DNA from: Lama guanicoe
Taxonomy: Eukaryota
Direction of reading: 5' to 3'
Assembly (NCBI GenBank): GCA_013239625.1
Contig: MU053559.1
Location: forward strand, 3,288,607-3,352,606
Length of the DNA: 64,000 nt
Part shown: piece by piece, positions 38,301-52,135 of the stretch
Layout of the letters: the number at the start of each line of letters is the position of its first letter
Numbering within the stretch: position 1 is the first letter of the stretch
Translations under genes and position numbers: made by a program
The notes under the pieces: model-generated
What the model saw: only the letters and a program-made list of their open reading frames with translations
Database searches by the model: none
Told to the model about the DNA's origin: nothing

Positions 38301-41006
38301 TCTGCTTGGCTGGCAGTGGTTCTCTCCTCCTAAGGATTCTCACAATGCTGTTTATGTTTCTCTTTTTGGCTCTTACCTTGTAATGAAGATCTGTGACTAG
38401 ATATTTGATTGACTCAGATACAGAGACCTGCTCCTAACCTGTGTGATTTACTGCCTAAAGTGACCAGTGGGTTGTCACATCTTGACAATTTTACCCCTAC
38501 CTTGTCTCCTATGTTCTTTGAACCTGCTTGCTAGCTGTGTGATCTTGTGCAAGATTTTTGACCTGCCTGAACCCTCGATTCCTTGCCTCTAGAATAAGAT
38601 AACAATACCTGCTTCCTCGTGGTTCTCAGAGTGAATTGAGACAGCATACAGAAATTCCCCAGCGCCGCAGCAGCTGGGACTGAGTGTTGACTGGGGATTA
38701 GGAGAGAAGTGTCCGTCAGGGACCACAGACCACACAGTCTGACTTAGCAGTGAACTGGAAGAAACCTGTGTCCTCCTACATAGAGGAAGCCTTGTTTTTA
38801 AACAGTTGGATCCGAACGCCTTTCACACATTAAGCTGTCTTCCAGTCAGGAAGCTGTGGATGTTTATTAGATTATCTCTTGATGGCCTTGAGGATGAGTT
38901 GTCCTGGAAAGTCCAGTAATGTGGGAGCCTGGCCTCTGGAGGACCTAGAGGTTTCTTATCCAGTACCGAGGCCACCAAGTCATCATCCTCTCACTCTCTC
39001 AGCAGACTGTTTTGTCTTTGCCTTGACGATTTGACATTCAAGGCAGAAAGAGTATTCCCCAGCTTGCTTCGGAGTCGTCTCAGTCTTAGAACACATCCGC
39101 CTGGGAGCCCAGCGCCGCTCCGAGGAGGTCATCCCTCCGAGCTGCCGAGCAGACCATGTTCAGTCTAACTTTGCCTCTAATTGTGCAGTGACCCTTCTCC
39201 ACACTCGGGGGAAACTTCAGACTAATCAGATTAGAAAATGTCTCATTCCCATTCCCCTCTCCCTCCAATATGCCCTGCCACGATTTGGGTCACATGCTTG
39301 GTGTTTTGCATCATCTCCGCAGATTCCTTTCAAAGACTGCCCTAATTCCTAATGGGCCCATCAGCCTGCAGCTTAAATTTATATTCTACATTCTTATTGT
39401 TCCCCACAGACTCCACAGGGCTTTCCAGAGCCTTGACCAGACTCTCTCTCTGCACAGCCCTCCTGTGGCATGCTAAACCGGAGCCCCTCTGACGTCTGCG
39501 GCCTCCCATGGGAGGCAGGCATGGAGTTTGTTGACTTGGTTCAGTGCACACGCTGCCCGAAGGCAGTTTTACCTGCCTTAGGATGGAGCTGGGCAGCTGG
39601 TGAACAGCCGTAGAGCCCGGCTGCTGTGCGAATTTAGATCAGGAGACGGAAAACAGTATGGCTAAAGATTTTGATGCCTTCTTTCACCCGGTGATTGTTA
39701 CCCATGCATTTCTCCTGACCCTGTGTTTTGGTACTAAGATTTTTCCCTCTACCCCATTTCCATTTTTCTTGTGACTCAGTTTGGTCTTTTCCTTATTAGC
39801 ACAACTCACGCTGGAATTAGGACTTCAGAATCTTTTTACATCCGGTTACCTCAGGCCCCCGTCGGCTAGTGCTGTGGTGGCCGGTGTGAGGTCACCTTAC
39901 TCACCAAACGAAGTCATTTCACTAATGCACAGAGCATCAGACTTAAATGTTCTATGTAGTGGTAGCTATCACCCATTCGTAATAAGAGTGACACTCTGTA
40001 TTGACATAGTGCCAAAGGCCCTAGAATATTCTGTAAACCCTTGAGCATGGTAAAAGGTGCATTTTAGTTGATGGGAGGCATGATTCCTCATTTCCTAAGT
40101 GCAGACATTGAGGTACAAGGAGGCCCTCTCACTGAAAGAATGTGCTTTGGCTCAAAATGAGTCTCTAATAGAATTAGAACGACATCTCCCTAAGATACTC
40201 TAAACCTTCGCTTCTGCCTGAGCTCCTCAGGGCAGGAACCATGTCCCCTTCATCCTTGTGGTCCCAGAGCCTTGTCTAGTGCTGGTATGCTGGGTGGGGG
40301 TGGGGGTGGGGGAGATGTGGGCTGGATTTCTACCAGACCTGTTTCTGAAGTCCGGCTCTGCTGCCCTCTGCCCATGTGATCCCTGTAAATGGACTCAGCC
40401 CCGCTGAGTCTCCATCTGGTTATTAATACTCCCTCAGTACTAATCCACAAGAAATTCTGGCTCTCAAACTGACAGAGGTAGAGAGGATGCTAAGGTCATT
40501 CCATTCTGTGTTCCTTGTGGGACTGGGGAAGTAAAGAGGCAGCCTCCTCCCCTAATTGTGACCTTCCGAATCGGGACTTGCAAGAGCTGGAAATTCAAGT
40601 GCAACTCTTTCCCTAGCAGCTCTGCCCCAAGCTAGTCTTTCACAGCTGGCTTTGGGCTCCATGGAATGCCTTAGAACTGGCCTCCCAAGAGAGCTGGTGC
40701 CTCATCCAGAAATATCAGTTAAAATGGAAAAAGTTAACAGGGCTTGAAAATCATCTCATTATACTCTACCCCACGTCTCCCCTGGCCCCTCTCCCAGAGG
40801 CATGGTTTGGACTCAAGTGGTTTCACCCAGCAATACCTGGCAGTGAAGCTGACAGGCGAGGGTTGAAACCCTGTGGTTTGGTGCACCAGGGAGTTTTCAG
40901 AGGGAAGCTCCCCCTCTACCCCACTGCCACACACACAGATGCTTCCCACCTTTTCAAATATAAGGTGATTTGTAGCTTAAGAACATTTTTCAAAATTCCG
41001 AAACCA

Positions 41007-41090
41007 GGGGGAAGGGTATAACTCAGTGGTAGAGGTCCTGGGTTCAATCCCCAGTACCTCCATTAAAAAAAAACAAAATCTTCTTTAAAA
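41007..41090 (+). mobile_element. Short Vic-1-type SINE lacking the anticodon arm
   Basis: ggggaagggtataactcagtggtagag|gtcctgggttcaatccccagtacctcca followed by an A-tail. 15-bp TSD aaaattccgaaacca / aaaatcctgaaacca. Confidence 0.88.
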
Positions 41091-41954
41091 AAAATCCTGA
41101 AACCATTCAGACCAACAGAGCATTGACTGTGTGTATGGTCCATACTTGGCAGCTGTGACCTGCCTCATTGTGGAGATCTGTCCTGGGATCCCAAGTGGAA
41201 TTTAGGGGCCTGGCTATTTGAGGTCACAGGAGCTAAGTCACTGGCAATGTGGGCAATGCCATCTTGCCAACTCCTAAGTTTTGGTGACCGTAGCTCCACT
41301 TTTTTCCCCTCACGTGTCTGCTCTTTAAGACTCTGACCAGGTGTTTCAGCGTGCACCCCTGGGGCTGTCGGGCAATGAACTGAAACGATACACGACTAAG
41401 TGAGTCAAAAATGTGTCTTCACTGCCCTCCCTCCCAGCCCTGGTCGTGCAGCCAGCCCACCCCTCTAAGGTGTGAGATGGCTTTTGCAGCAGAGGGGAAC
41501 CCGGGTTACTCTTCAGCAGAATACAGCTGCTGCTGCGCCTGCTACACACCCCCTGACCCCGATGGTGGAGATAAAGCAGCCCAGCGCTTACTCCCCGTGC
41601 CAAGGAGACGGGTGGCTTCTGCAGTTTTCAAGCCATTCATCATTTTGGGGAGGGGAGCAAGTGCAGCCGTCAAACGGCACGTTAGACTCATGTCTAAGAA
41701 CTCCCACCTAGCAAGGACTCAGGCTTGGGGGTCATTATCATCTAGAGAGGAGCCAGAGAAATGACCTTCCCTCCCTCCTTTTCCACAAACATGTCCCTTC
41801 GTTTGTGTGAGGAAGGAAATGGTGGCTTGCCCAAGTATCAAAGGGAAAGAAGAATTTATGGAGGTTTTAGGAAAACACTTTAGCACTGTGAGCTGGGGCT
41901 TTAAAGAAAGAAGGCTGATTTTTTAACAAGCATAGAAACACTTAAGAGCCAGAA

Positions 41955-42240
41955 TTAGTGCTGCCCTTTAGGGCAGTCACCCTGGAAGGCTGTGCGCTGA
42001 TTCCAACAATGTTGCCATAGAAAGCTCCTCTTTGGAACTGCCTTCACAGCCTTTCAAAAGAATTTCCTCCGGAGTGGCAAATCTTTGTCCTTTGACCGTG
42101 AATCAGTCTTAGCAAGAGTCAGGTGTCATTTGGCGAGGGGCGAAGTCGGAGATTCAGATGGACAACCGAGATGCTCACATTTTTGATCAGAAGCACAGAA
42201 TGACTCTGAAGTAAGGAGATACATTTTTCTGTATGGTTCA
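41955..42240. mobile_element. Ancient Mariner relic (MARNA-like)
   Basis: agtcaccctggaaggctgtg...attccaacaatgttgccat...ctcctctttggaactgccttca resembles the recalled MARNA consensus. Confidence 0.6.
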
Positions 42241-44899
42241 CAGGCTTCTCCAAAATATTTTGAAAGGACGGATAGGATTTGGTGAATGACGACTTATAGT
42301 CATGAGACAGGGCAGACAGCTGGGGAGATAATACTGGGGAAATGTGGGCACTGACCTACTTGTCTTCACTCCGCAGACAGGCAAGCCTTTGTCCATCTCT
42401 GAACTGCTTCCCCTCATCTCCTTCCCTTCCAACCTGGACTGTTCTTAGAACTGGAGCTCCTCTTTAGATCCTAGTCTTCTCCCTCACAACCTCCTCTCAC
42501 AGTGGCGCATTATGAGGCATAGTGTATAAGAGCAAATCAGAGCAGGAAAAATCTCACTGGCTCAGTGGTCCAGGGGAGGACGCTCTGTGCTGCATTTCGG
42601 AGCAGGGAGGAAAACCAGGAGACAAGTCCTCATCAACGTGCTCCCAACTAGTGGTGCTCCTTCCTTTCCACGCCTGACTTAGAGTAGTTTACTCCCTTGG
42701 AAAGCACGTTTCAGGGTCTCTCCTCTGCTTTTCCACTTCTTCATTTTTATTTATTCAAACGGATACATGGCTTATAGCAAAAAGATAATCGAATTGTTCT
42801 AAAAAGCTTATTCCAACAACAGCACTGTCCAGCCCCATCTCTCCCCGCCTCCCAGACCCATTCTCAAGAAACAGCCACTTTCAGCCCTTCGAGCTGTTTC
42901 TGTAGACCTTTAAATAGCGTGCCCATACTGCTATTTCTGGATTTCTCATTTTTAGATCCTACTACTAACTTCCTGTTATGATGCTTGAGAATTTAGCCTA
43001 ATATTGATTCCCATTCCTGGTGCTCTTTCTGGATGCCCTTAGGATCTTCTCCTTATTCCGGAGAAGTTCATGATGAGGCCTTGTGGTGCGTATGTGTGTC
43101 TGTAGGCTCATTGTGCTTAACACTTCCGGTCTAGAGACTCTGTCCTTTGGTTCTGAGAAATTTTCCATTAATTCTTAATCTCCTCCCCTCCATTTTCATT
43201 TTTCTCTTGTTAGAACTCCTGACATTAGGATCTTGGCTCTCCTGCACTTTGGAGTGTAATTTGGGAGTGTATATTAATGTGGGAAATGGGGGAAAAAAGA
43301 GATTTGGGTGCTTCTGAATTTGGACCTTTTCTCTCCCTGATTTTTTTCTTTGTCATTGTGACATACTAAGGGATTTCTTTACCTTTATATTCCAGCCCTT
43401 CTACTGCACCTGGTTTCTGCTATATTTTTTATTCCAAGAGCACACCTTTAGTTCCTTTTCTGTAGTCTTCTGTTCTTTTTTTCATGGGTATAATACATCC
43501 TTTTATCTCACATCTTTCCCTCTGCTACCTGAACTATCTTGTTCCCTGACCCCCCCCTTTTTTTTTTCAGTTGCTGCTTTGACTTCCGTCCTTAATGTTG
43601 GAAGCTTTTTGGGGAGTGGGTGTTGTTGACTGGTGGGTTTCACTGCATGAGTGAGTCACCTCCTAGCCTGCGTTTGCATTAGGGAATCCCCAGAAGCTGC
43701 CATCCAGAGCTCTGTCTGGGGCTATTCAGAGCATCAGGATTCTGTCTTCTCCTGCGGGGGTAGGAGGGATGGTGGGATGGGGGAAAGGAGAATTGAAGTA
43801 CGGCCACTGGTGTTCTGGAGACAGGAAAGGGGATGGAAGAGGGCTGAGAGGCCCAAGGTCAGTGTGCGATGTTCTTCCCTGCCCTTCATGGCACTTACCT
43901 CCCCAAGACTGGGGCTTCTGTAGCTGAATTTCTCTGGAGAACAAGCCTCACTCCTCTACAGAGAAGAGTAAGTACAGTGTAGAAGATACAGCTGCTCCTG
44001 CTTTATTCAGACTTTTAAACAGGCCTTGTTCTTGGTCCCACACTGCATCCTTGCCTCTGTTGGCACCTGGAGTCTGAGATTGCTGAGCCTCTCAGGAGTT
44101 TTACAGGCCACACTGGCTAATCTCTAAGCACCTCCTGCCTCTGCCATGGACACTTAAGAGTTCAGCTTCCCTACTTCAGCCCTGCCAAGTCAGTCACCCA
44201 TCCTCGGTCTGATTTCCATCTTGCAAAAGATTTTGAAAGTCTCTTACCCAGTGTTGCCCTTTTTCCAGCTACCTTTGTCATTGAGGATTATTACCTATTT
44301 TTCTTTCTTTATTGTCATTTTGGTGAGATTTTGGTGGGAAAGGGAGATAAATATTTGTGAGTGACCCGTCATGATCTTACTGCAACTCTGTCCACCTCCC
44401 AAGAGCATAGAATTCTTCCAAGAAGCATTGGCTAATTTTATCCCTTTTAATTGAAAGATTTCCTTGTTCTTTTCTCCCTTGCTCCTTCTGGGGGGTTCCC
44501 AGATCCATTGAACTCCTCCAAGACAGAACTGAAAAGAAAAACTTGGAGGATTATACCACATTAGCTCAACTCTTCCCTGAGGCCTTGCTTTGGGACTTTG
44601 GAAAGATTAAATCTTTCATATATTTTTCCTCACAAAGATTTTATACGTCATCTCTGAGCTGTGTACTCTTTCATTTATGGCTTTTGATCCTTCCCAAATA
44701 TCATTTGATTCAGGAATATCCTTTCCAGATATCTTTTGAGGTGGGTAAATGGTTAGATGTGTTGAGTCTGACATATAGTGAGTTGAGCAGGGAAGAATGC
44801 CGGGGGCCTAAGGTTAACAGGTAAGCATGAGTAAATATCAGATGTATGGGTAAGAAATCTGATATTAGGACTTCAGTGGTGACTTCTAGAAATTTTCTT

Positions 44900-45370
44900 G
44901 TATGACCCAATAAAAGGAACTTCAGGAAGGTCTTTCTGAGGAAGCACCATTTGAATCGAGACTTTCCAGACAAAGGGACCAGAAGGTGCAAGTGTCTTGC
45001 ATTGCTGGTAACAATCTTGGTATGCTCAGAGAACAAGACAGCTAGGGTACCTAAAACATTGTGAACAGGGAGAGTTTTCAGATTGGATCTGAGAGGTCAG
45101 CAGGGACCAGATTATGTAGCATTTTAGAAACCCTGATAAGGAGTTCGGCCTGTGTTCTAAGTGGACTGGAAAGCCATTGGAGAGTTGCAAACAAGGAAGT
45201 AACTGATCTGATCTGTGTTTTAGAAACATCATTCTGGTGGAGGGTGGTCTGCAGCAGGGTAGGAGTTGAAGCAGCAAGACCAGGATACAAAAGCTCTTCC
45301 TGTAATCCAGGTGAGAGATGATGGTGGCTTGGAATTAGGGCAGACTAGAGGAGATGGAAAAATTCTAAAT
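44900..45370 (-). mobile_element. L2 remnant
   Basis: ggaaagccattggagagtt...tgatctgatctgtgttttagaaacatcattctgg...taatccaggtgagagatgatggtggcttgga. Confidence 0.8.
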
Positions 45371-45519
45371 CTGTTTGGTAGTCTTTTGACTAGTTCCCAA
45401 ATTACTGGGATGTTATACTTCTGAAGCGTCTAGGATTCAGTGAGTGCCTCCTGTCTTTGATGTAATGGGAATTTACCAACAATTAAATTCTGTATTTTAC
45501 GAACAGCTAGAGAAACTTC

Positions 45520-46142
45520 TTTCATTGGTGATCTCGTCCAGTCTCCCAGTCTGGTGGCTCTCACTACCGTCTAAATGCTAATGACTCCCCCATTTCTATC
45601 TCTAACTCGAACCTCTGCCCTGAACTTCAGACTCTTATACCCAGCTGCTCACTTCGCATCAAAATGTAACATCCAAAACCAAACTCCTGATCTTTTCTCC
45701 CAACCTGTAGCTCTTGCAGTCTTTACTGTCTCAGGACGGTTCTGTTTTCCCAGTTGTTCAAGCAAAACCCTTGGAGTTGTCCCGAATCCATTCCTATTCA
45801 TTCTCTCTCTGCCTCTCTCCCCGCCCTATACACCATATACAATCCTTCAGGAATCCTACACTCACAGTATATTCAGGCTTTACCACTCCTCACTGCCTTC
45901 CACTGCCACCACTGTCACCTAAACCGCCATCATCTCCTTTGGATCACTGCAAAAGGCTGCTAATGGCCTTTGCCACTTCGGCCTTGCCCCTCCATTCTAC
46001 TTGCAACATATCAGCTAGAATGATCTTCAGAAAATAGAACATAGAGGTCATAACTGCTCCGTACAGTATGCTTCGATGGCTCTTAGTGGTCCTTAGTATA
46101 AAAGTCAAAGGCCCTCCATGATCTCATTCTCTGACCTCAGCT
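45520..46142 (+). mobile_element. L2 remnant
   Basis: atgctaatgactcccccatttctatctctaactc...ctctgccctgaacttcagactc...ccgccatcatctc. Confidence 0.8.
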
Positions 46143-47853
46143 CCTGCGCAGAGAATTAGGGAATACTTTTCTTTGAGGCACCATGTTAGAGGAAAGTTTC
46201 TTATAAAACATCTTTAATTGAGTTTTAGTTCTTCTCCCAAAACACACACAAAGAAAAGACATAATTGTCCTGCATTTTGGCTACAAATATTTCCATAAAC
46301 AGATCATGTCCTTTGAAGGAGTTCAAATGACAAGTGAGCCAAAATTCAAAGAAAAAACAGTGGTAGGGGGCAGCATATTGGAGTTGTATCCCAGAATCCT
46401 TGGCCAAAGAAAGTGTACACAAAAGAATTACTGAATTCCCTTTCCCCTCTTCTGAGTCCTCTGTTTATTCTGCTTTGTTTAGGTTGATCAGTCTATAGAT
46501 GTGACTTCATCTTGTAACATTTAATTTGTTGCTGCTAATTTTTATTAGCTTATAAATATGAGCTATTATTTTCTGAATGCTTTGAGAAAAAAAGAGAAAC
46601 GCCTTTTGACTGATTATAAGTATGTTCTTCCTCTACTTCTGTTACCACTGAGTTTTCTTATAATTAATTATCCTCTGTTCATCCTGCACCTCTCTTGCTG
46701 GTTGGAGGGATGTGTTGAGTTAAGAGGTCGAGAGAGAAGGGCAGGAGCCCGGAGCAGGGTGCTTGGAACAAGGCCTTAGCGACTACCTTTGTCTTTTTCT
46801 TCAAGAAATTGTGTTATATACCAGTGTACCTTTAGCCTTAAAAATTGGCAGAATTTGGTCAAATTCCGAATAGGTAGCATTGAGGTATTACAATAAGAAG
46901 TATTTTGTTTGTGTTTAGGTCATTATAGCAATTGTCTTGAAATTACTGGATCTTAATGGCCTAAACTGTTATGGTTAATGATAAATTTATGTCAGTGTCC
47001 ATAATTAGGAAATAGTAGTCAAATAGATTAGTTATTTGTGACCTACAGTTTTATGGTACAGGATAATCATTTGTTTTTTCCTTCAAAATGAAAACGAGCT
47101 TAATTTTTTCTGATTATAAATTTAAAACAATTCAGATGATACAGAAAAGTCTAAAGAAAAAGCAAAAATTATCATCTCTTCCAAGAGATAGCTGTTCTTA
47201 ATACTTCAGTGTATTGTTACTAGATTTTTTTAAATGCCATTTTATTCAAATATAAACCTAAAGTAAGATCATAACTCTACGTACCATTTTATAACCTCCT
47301 TTCCACTCAGCCTTATATCATGAACATATTTCCATGACAGCACATATGGATCTAAATAACCCCTTTTAATGGCTACATAATGAATAATAAAAATGCCTTT
47401 TATTTTTCCTGAAAATATATTACTGGACAAAATGAATCTAGACTTGCTTTAAAGATTTAAAAAGCACACAATTTAAGAAAAACAAGGACGTTTTAAAAAT
47501 TTTACTGACATACAGCATCAACCATATTAAATTAAGAAGACCTTCAATGTTCTTAAAATAGAGCAATGGTCTTAGTTACTGAATAAATTGTTTCTATGGC
47601 AATTATGACAAATATTTGTTGAACACCTACTACGTGCCAGCATTGATTTAGGTGCTGGGAATACTTTGGTGAATTAGATATAGGAGGTCTCTGCTCTCAA
47701 AGAGTTTACAACCTGGAGGATTAGAAATAGGTAATCAACTAGGAAGAGGATCAGATATTAACGCATACCTGATATATTTTCGTGGTGGATTTAAGCTGAC
47801 ATTTTGGTCCTGAATTCTGCAGATTGAGTCAAATCATGTAATTATATTTTTAG

Positions 47854-47959
47854 GTTTGAAGACAGTGAAAAACAAATAAATTACGAATCATTTTTCTGTG
47901 CCCTGAATTGGAGAGTGAATCCGATGCCCGAATTGGAAGCAGTGTCACCCAATAAAGAG
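47854..47959 (+). CDS. EFHC2: EFHC2 coding exon (106 nt, phase 2-0), probably penultimate
   Basis: Acceptor attatatttttag| and donor |gtaaag. Translates (R)FEDSEKQINYESFFCALNWRVNPMPELEAVSPNKE, continuing the frame and the recalled EFHC2 sequence. Confidence 0.93.
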
Positions 47960-48839
47960 GTAAAGTTAACACCCGTTTTAAAAACCAGCTGTGGCTACCT
48001 CCCTCGCATTTTTAATATCCTTTGTCTTAAAATCATTTTTCAATGTAAAATACTGACATCAGTGCTTATGGAAAGAGTACTATGTATTTTGGGGTATTTG
48101 TGTTAAAGACTAATTCACTTTCCACGCTGAGTGAACATCTGCTGTATAAGAGCATGACTTTTCTTATGCAGCTGAATATTTTTTAACCTAAGTCGCATCC
48201 AATTATATGGAAAATAGGATAATAGGTTACAGTTATAAATAGATACACACTCTGTTAGCAAGGGAGTCTGGCAATACCATCATGAGCCACAAGAGCAAAT
48301 CTCAAATGGTGCATATGTCAGGAATCCCCAGAGTATCTGTGGCCGTGCACACCGGTTTGCCTTGGGTAAAAACCATATAGTGTGGGGATACAGATTGCAT
48401 AGCGGAGCCAAATTTAAAACAAAAATCCAGTGAAAGAATGCTTGGTTAGGGAAAACAAAGTTCATGTGATCAGATGGTGCTCTCAACATTGTGGAATTGT
48501 CTGAATTCTCAGAGAGCTCTTTGGACCAATTGAAATTAATTTACTTGGGAAAGTCCCTCGATAAAGCAAATGTCATGGGGTTGACACTCCCAGAAAGGAG
48601 GCATTTATTCCTCCCGGTCTCTGCTGACCAGCTCATTCTGGCCTGAACTGGTCCAGGGCCCCTGGGAGTTCCCTCAGGCACGCAGCTACTCTGGAGTGTC
48701 GGGCAGCCTTAGAACTTCCAGATGATCGGGAGACAGCGGTGGCCTTTGGAGTCAAACAAAGCTGGGGTTGAAATCTGGCTCTGCTGCTTAACTTTGTTGA
48801 GTGACTTTGGGGCGGTTACTTTACTCATTCATTTATGAA

Positions 48840-49420
48840 TTTAATTCTCAGACAAATCATGGTTAAGTATTCACTGTCAGCAGGTTGTGTGCTGTGTGCT
48901 GGAGTCTAGAGACAGTCATTATTGCTGCCTTTGAGGGACCCACTACTGATAAGGGAATCAATACACTCATGATCAGGGGTATGGCGTGATGCAGCCTAGA
49001 TAGGATGTAATGGAATGAGGAGAAAGCTGCTTATATATCAGACTGGGAGCCAGGGGGACAGGCAGTCTTAGGGGAGGTGATGCTTGAAATTTCAGTGATG
49101 AATAGTTAGGGTTAGCAAGGTAGGAAAAGTGGCATGGTATGTATGCCCAGGGGCATTTCCAGCAGAGGCTCTGGGACAGCATGGCTCTTGTGCAGAACCA
49201 GAAAGGACTGGTGGGATTGGAATGAAGGCACAAAAAGGGGAGTAGAGACAGATGAGGCCAGAGATTCGTGCAAGGGTGAGGGCTGAGTATTGTCCTGTGA
49301 GGTCTGGAGACCATGGACAGATTTCAAGGAAGAGAGCAGCATGATCACGTGTGCCCTTTAAGAGAGCTTGCTCTGGTTGGATGGTGGGTAGATTGGAGAG
49401 GGGGCAGGGAGACAAGTAGA
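48840..49420 (-). mobile_element. L2 remnant flanked by MIR fragments
   Basis: ggcatttccagcagagg...gcatgatcacgtgtgcccttta. MIR-like sequence at about 48735-48835 and 49460-49640. Confidence 0.65.
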
Positions 49421-49849
49421 TCCCCTTAGGATACTTTTGACCTCCCACCGTCACCATAATAACAGCAAACAATTAAAACGTTTACTATGCACCAAGCATT
49501 GTTCTTAAGATCTCAAAATCTATTAGCTCATTTAATCCTCATAGCAACCCTAGGAGCGTAGGTACTTTTATCATTTCCCTTTGAGAGATGAGGAAGTTAG
49601 AGGAATAGCCAGTGACTGTAGAATCAGAATTTTAACTCAGGTCTTTTTTTTTACTGCAGAGTTTTTTTTTTTAATCTCTTAAATATAATCATTATTGAAG
49701 ATACTGGATTTCATTAACTAAAGTCCAAGATACCATCACAAAGACAAATACTGTCCTGTGGTAACCTTGTAATTCTTATGCATGCAAATATTTAATTTTT
49801 ACATGTAAAAAGAAAAATGATAGATGGAGTTCATATTCTACCTTTTCAC

Positions 49850-50320
49850 TTCGTGTTGGCTATCATCCATTTGTGCCCCCTCCACCCTGCTTTGAGTCCT
49901 AGGCAGCTGATCTTTGGGGGCTGCATCGATGGGTCCTCTAGCCCTCTGGCCTCCAGTTGGGTTAGCCAGTGGGATGCACAGGCAGGAGAGTGGAGGGTGG
50001 GAGAACAAAGAAATCATCTCCCTCCCTGACAGTCACAGTAGATTGACTGCCCCCTGCTACCAGGGTCCATAGCACCTATCTGGAGGTTCTCCTCATATGG
50101 CTGCCTTCTGACCCTGGCGACCACCTGCACATGCGCCTTCAGCCCCTGGTGGTGGGAATGGCTCCCTGTTGCTACAGTGCCTGAAGGATTAGAGGATTCC
50201 ATGTTGGTTTTCTTTTCTAAACACTTCCCACAACTTTGTCAAGAGTTGCTTTACTAAACTCTTCTCAATTTACACACTTTGCATATGTCCTCTATTTCCT
50301 ACGGGAGCCTGAGTGATACA
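49850..50320 (+). mobile_element. ERVL solo LTR (LTR33-like)
   Basis: ctccaccctgctttg...gccctctggcctccagttgggttagccagtggg...cctgagtgataca. Confidence 0.65.
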
Positions 50321-50719
50321 CATACTTATTTTTGCTAGTTAGCAACTGCCTTTCCTTTTTTCCTTCCTTCCTTCCTTCTCTCCTTTTCCATCCCACCTAA
50401 TCCACCACCCAGACATTTACCTACATGTTGAGAGTTACAGCATTTAATGCATAAAAATATAATCATATCACATGCATTTTATCCACAGTGTGTTTTTCTT
50501 AATAGTACACCACAGGACATTTTTCTAGCTTAATATGTGTAGACTTAAGCCATTCTTTAATACTGTAGTATGGATACAGTATAATTTATTCATCCATTTC
50601 TCTACTGATAGGCATTTCAGTTATTTTTAGATTTTTGCTTCTGAAAACATGTGGTGTCTTATTACTTTAATTTTTATTTTCCTAATGACTGTTGAGTTTG
50701 AATGAAACTTAATTACCTT

Positions 50720-50960
50720 TTGGTACTACAACCTACAGTTTCTAAGAAAGACATTTTTTCATAGCAACCCAGCATGCCCGTACAGAATGGAACAATGCTA
50801 TTCTACTAGATGTGGTGCTGTTTGATTTTTTTCTTTCCTTTGTCTCTTCCTTTCTTTTTTCTTTCCTCCCCCCTTCTTTCTTGAATATAGTTCCTGACCC
50901 ATTAAATTGATCTAACGACCTATAAAAGGATCACCAGCCACATTGGAAAAGGAGCCACTG
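50720..50960. mobile_element. hAT-Charlie relic (MER112-like)
   Basis: catagcaacccag...tgacccattaaattgat...ccacattggaaaa. Confidence 0.45.
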
Positions 50961-51452
50961 AATGGAAAGGCCAAAGATCCACTTTCCCTTTAACCACCCT
51001 CTCCCCCATTTCATCTCTCACCTCCTCTGTCAACAGGGACAGTTAGTGAGCCATGGACCTCTGGTGCTTTAGAGAGGCGATATGGAGTAAAAGGTCTGGA
51101 ATCACATAAAACTGAGTTCAAAACCTTAGATCTATGACAAACTGGTAACTTCGTGTAAGATAGCCTTTCAGAGACACTTACCATAAACCTGTCCCATAGT
51201 AAGGGCCTAAATGTTACCTATTACTATTATTTATAAAATGGACATGTCTTACGTCCTCAAGTCAGGGGGCTGGGCGTTGAGCAGTCAAACTTCCAAGGCT
51301 GAGATCAGTGATTCTACCCTTAAAGAGAAGAGAAGAGGAACGTAGCATCAGAAAGGGCATGTGCTTCAGCAGTACGTACGTAGGCTTTTCCAGTTGGTAC
51401 TCATTTATGGTGAGAAGAACTTTACTCTTAGGGTCCCTTATCAACTCTGCTG

Positions 51453-51727
51453 CACAAACATAGAAAACAAACTTCCGGTTACCAAGGGGAAAAGCGGGCT
51501 GGAGGAGGAAGGATAAATTAGGAGTTTGGGATTAACATATACATACTACTATGTATAAAATAGTTAAATAAGGACCTCCTGTATAGCACGGGAATATCTC
51601 AATATCTTGTAATAACCTATAATGCAAAGGAATCTGAAAAAGTACATATATAGCTGAATCACTTTGCTGTACACCTGAAGCTAACAACATTGTAAATTAA
51701 CTATATTTCAATTTTAAAAAATGGTTA
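51453..51727 (+). mobile_element. 5'-truncated L1 3' end
   Basis: L1 3'UTR. Perfect 10-bp TSD aactctgctg at 51443-51452 and 51728-51737. Confidence 0.9.
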
Positions 51728-52135
51728 AACTCTGCTGATCAAGCCTAGCAGCAGTTCAGTCCGTGGGAGACATTTGAAAGGGGCCATTCTTTTTCAGCCA
51801 GTTTTAAAAAAAGGGGAAAAAAAAAAGGAAGAACATAGTTATAAAATGGCACCTGATCAATTTAACCAATAATGAGAACTTAACTAGATTCCAGAGTCTG
51901 AAGCACTCTGGCATTCCTAAGCATGTTATTGTTTCATAAAGGAGATATAAGATAGCTTGGGAATGTTACCAGTGAGTCTCATGTGAAAATATTTAGTGTG
52001 AATGGGCTGAGCATACTATTTCATCATTCATACAGTAGAATGAGTGATGAAAAGTATAGCGTCTCCTGAACCATGTAAGTGTACTTAAGTGTTAATATCT
52101 AATAATAATGCCCTGAGACACTCTGGGTCAGAGCC

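Noticed and set aside
44900..46142. Inverted L2 pair as a dsRNA structure
   Set aside because: The overlapping consensus region is too diverged for a convincing duplex.
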